A DNA stretch of 64,000 nt, taken from Haliotis cracherodii. Its lineage: Eukaryota. The position numbers and the translations under genes were made by a program. The DNA is taken from NCBI RefSeq assembly GCF_022045235.1, contig NW_027266297.1:11656001-11720000 (forward strand), in the 5' to 3' direction. The notes under the pieces were generated by a model. The model was given only the letters and a program-made list of their open reading frames with translations, did no database searches and was not told the DNA's origin. This document shows, piece after piece, positions 63,320 through 64,000 of the stretch (within the stretch, counting starts at the first letter, position 1; each line of letters starts with the position of its first letter).

Positions 63320-64000
63320 CCACCTCCGTCAACGACATGTGTCGCCAATCTCCTCACGCTTTCCTCTCCTCACCTCCTCCCATGTCCATAAACACTCAAC
63401 TCTTCTATCAACGACATGTGCCAGCGGTCTCCTCACTCCCGTCAACGACTTCCCTCACCCCTGTCAACGACATGTGTCACTGATCTCCTCAACCCCGTCA
63501 ACGACATGTGTCGCCGGTCTCCTCATTTCCCATCAATGACATGTGTCGACGATCTCCTCACCCTGGTCAACGACATGTTTTACTGATCTCCTCACTCGAT
63601 CCAACGACGCGTGTTACTGATCTCCTCACCCCCGTCAACGACATGTGTCACTGATCTCCTCACCCCCGTCAACGACATGTGTCACTGATCTCCTCACCCC
63701 CGTCAACGACATGTTTTACTGATCTCCTCACTCGATCCAACGACGCGTGTTACTGATCTCCTCACCCCCGTCAACGACATGTGTCACTGATCTCCTCACC
63801 CCCGTCAACGACATGTTTTACTGATCTCCTCACCCCCGTCAACGACATGTGTCACTGATCTCCTCACCCCCGTCAACGACATGTTTTACTGATCTCCTCA
63901 CCCCCGTCAACGACATGTGTCACTGATCTCCCCACCCCCGTCAACGACATGTTTTACTGATCTCCTCACCCCCGTCAACGACATGTTTTACTGATCTCCT
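63320..64000. repeat. 34-bp minisatellite running off the window end
   Basis: (cccccgtcaacgacatgtgtcactgatctcctca)n, degenerate at the left edge. Confidence 0.95.

Noticed and set aside
63320-64000. CRISPR-like look of 31-34 bp repeats (also 44605-44823)
   Set aside because: Head-to-tail units with no unique spacers, no cas genes, eukaryotic context

Overview
Eukaryotic, intron-rich, repeat-dense invertebrate DNA; the SINE, Helentron-derived and DIRS repeat set suggests a mollusc (inference). Splicing by hand (GT-AG sites, all phases checked) gives four genes. (1) A minus-strand MCCC2-like carboxyltransferase with 7 exons (9902->1558) that continues off the left edge. (2) Head-to-head with it, a complete 12-exon DMAP1 (11065-27266, 498 aa). 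(3) A 10-exon, 727-aa minus-strand gene (43000->32167) that the ORF track only shows in fragments; its predicted protein reads TIR-like domain, a cluster of RHIM-like (V/T/I)QIG motifs, an EGSI-type alpha/beta domain, an S/T linker and a degenerate GIY-YIG-like domain, making it a candidate innate-immune/cell-death adaptor. (4) An intronless SPRY-SOCS box (SPSB3-like) gene (55684-56355). Introns hold a decayed DIRS retrotransposon, MULE, Tc1 and Harbinger remnants, hAT MITEs, several SINE families and many minisatellites. Several repeats sit on, or duplicate, 5' splice sites. All domain calls are by eye, with no HMM searches run.
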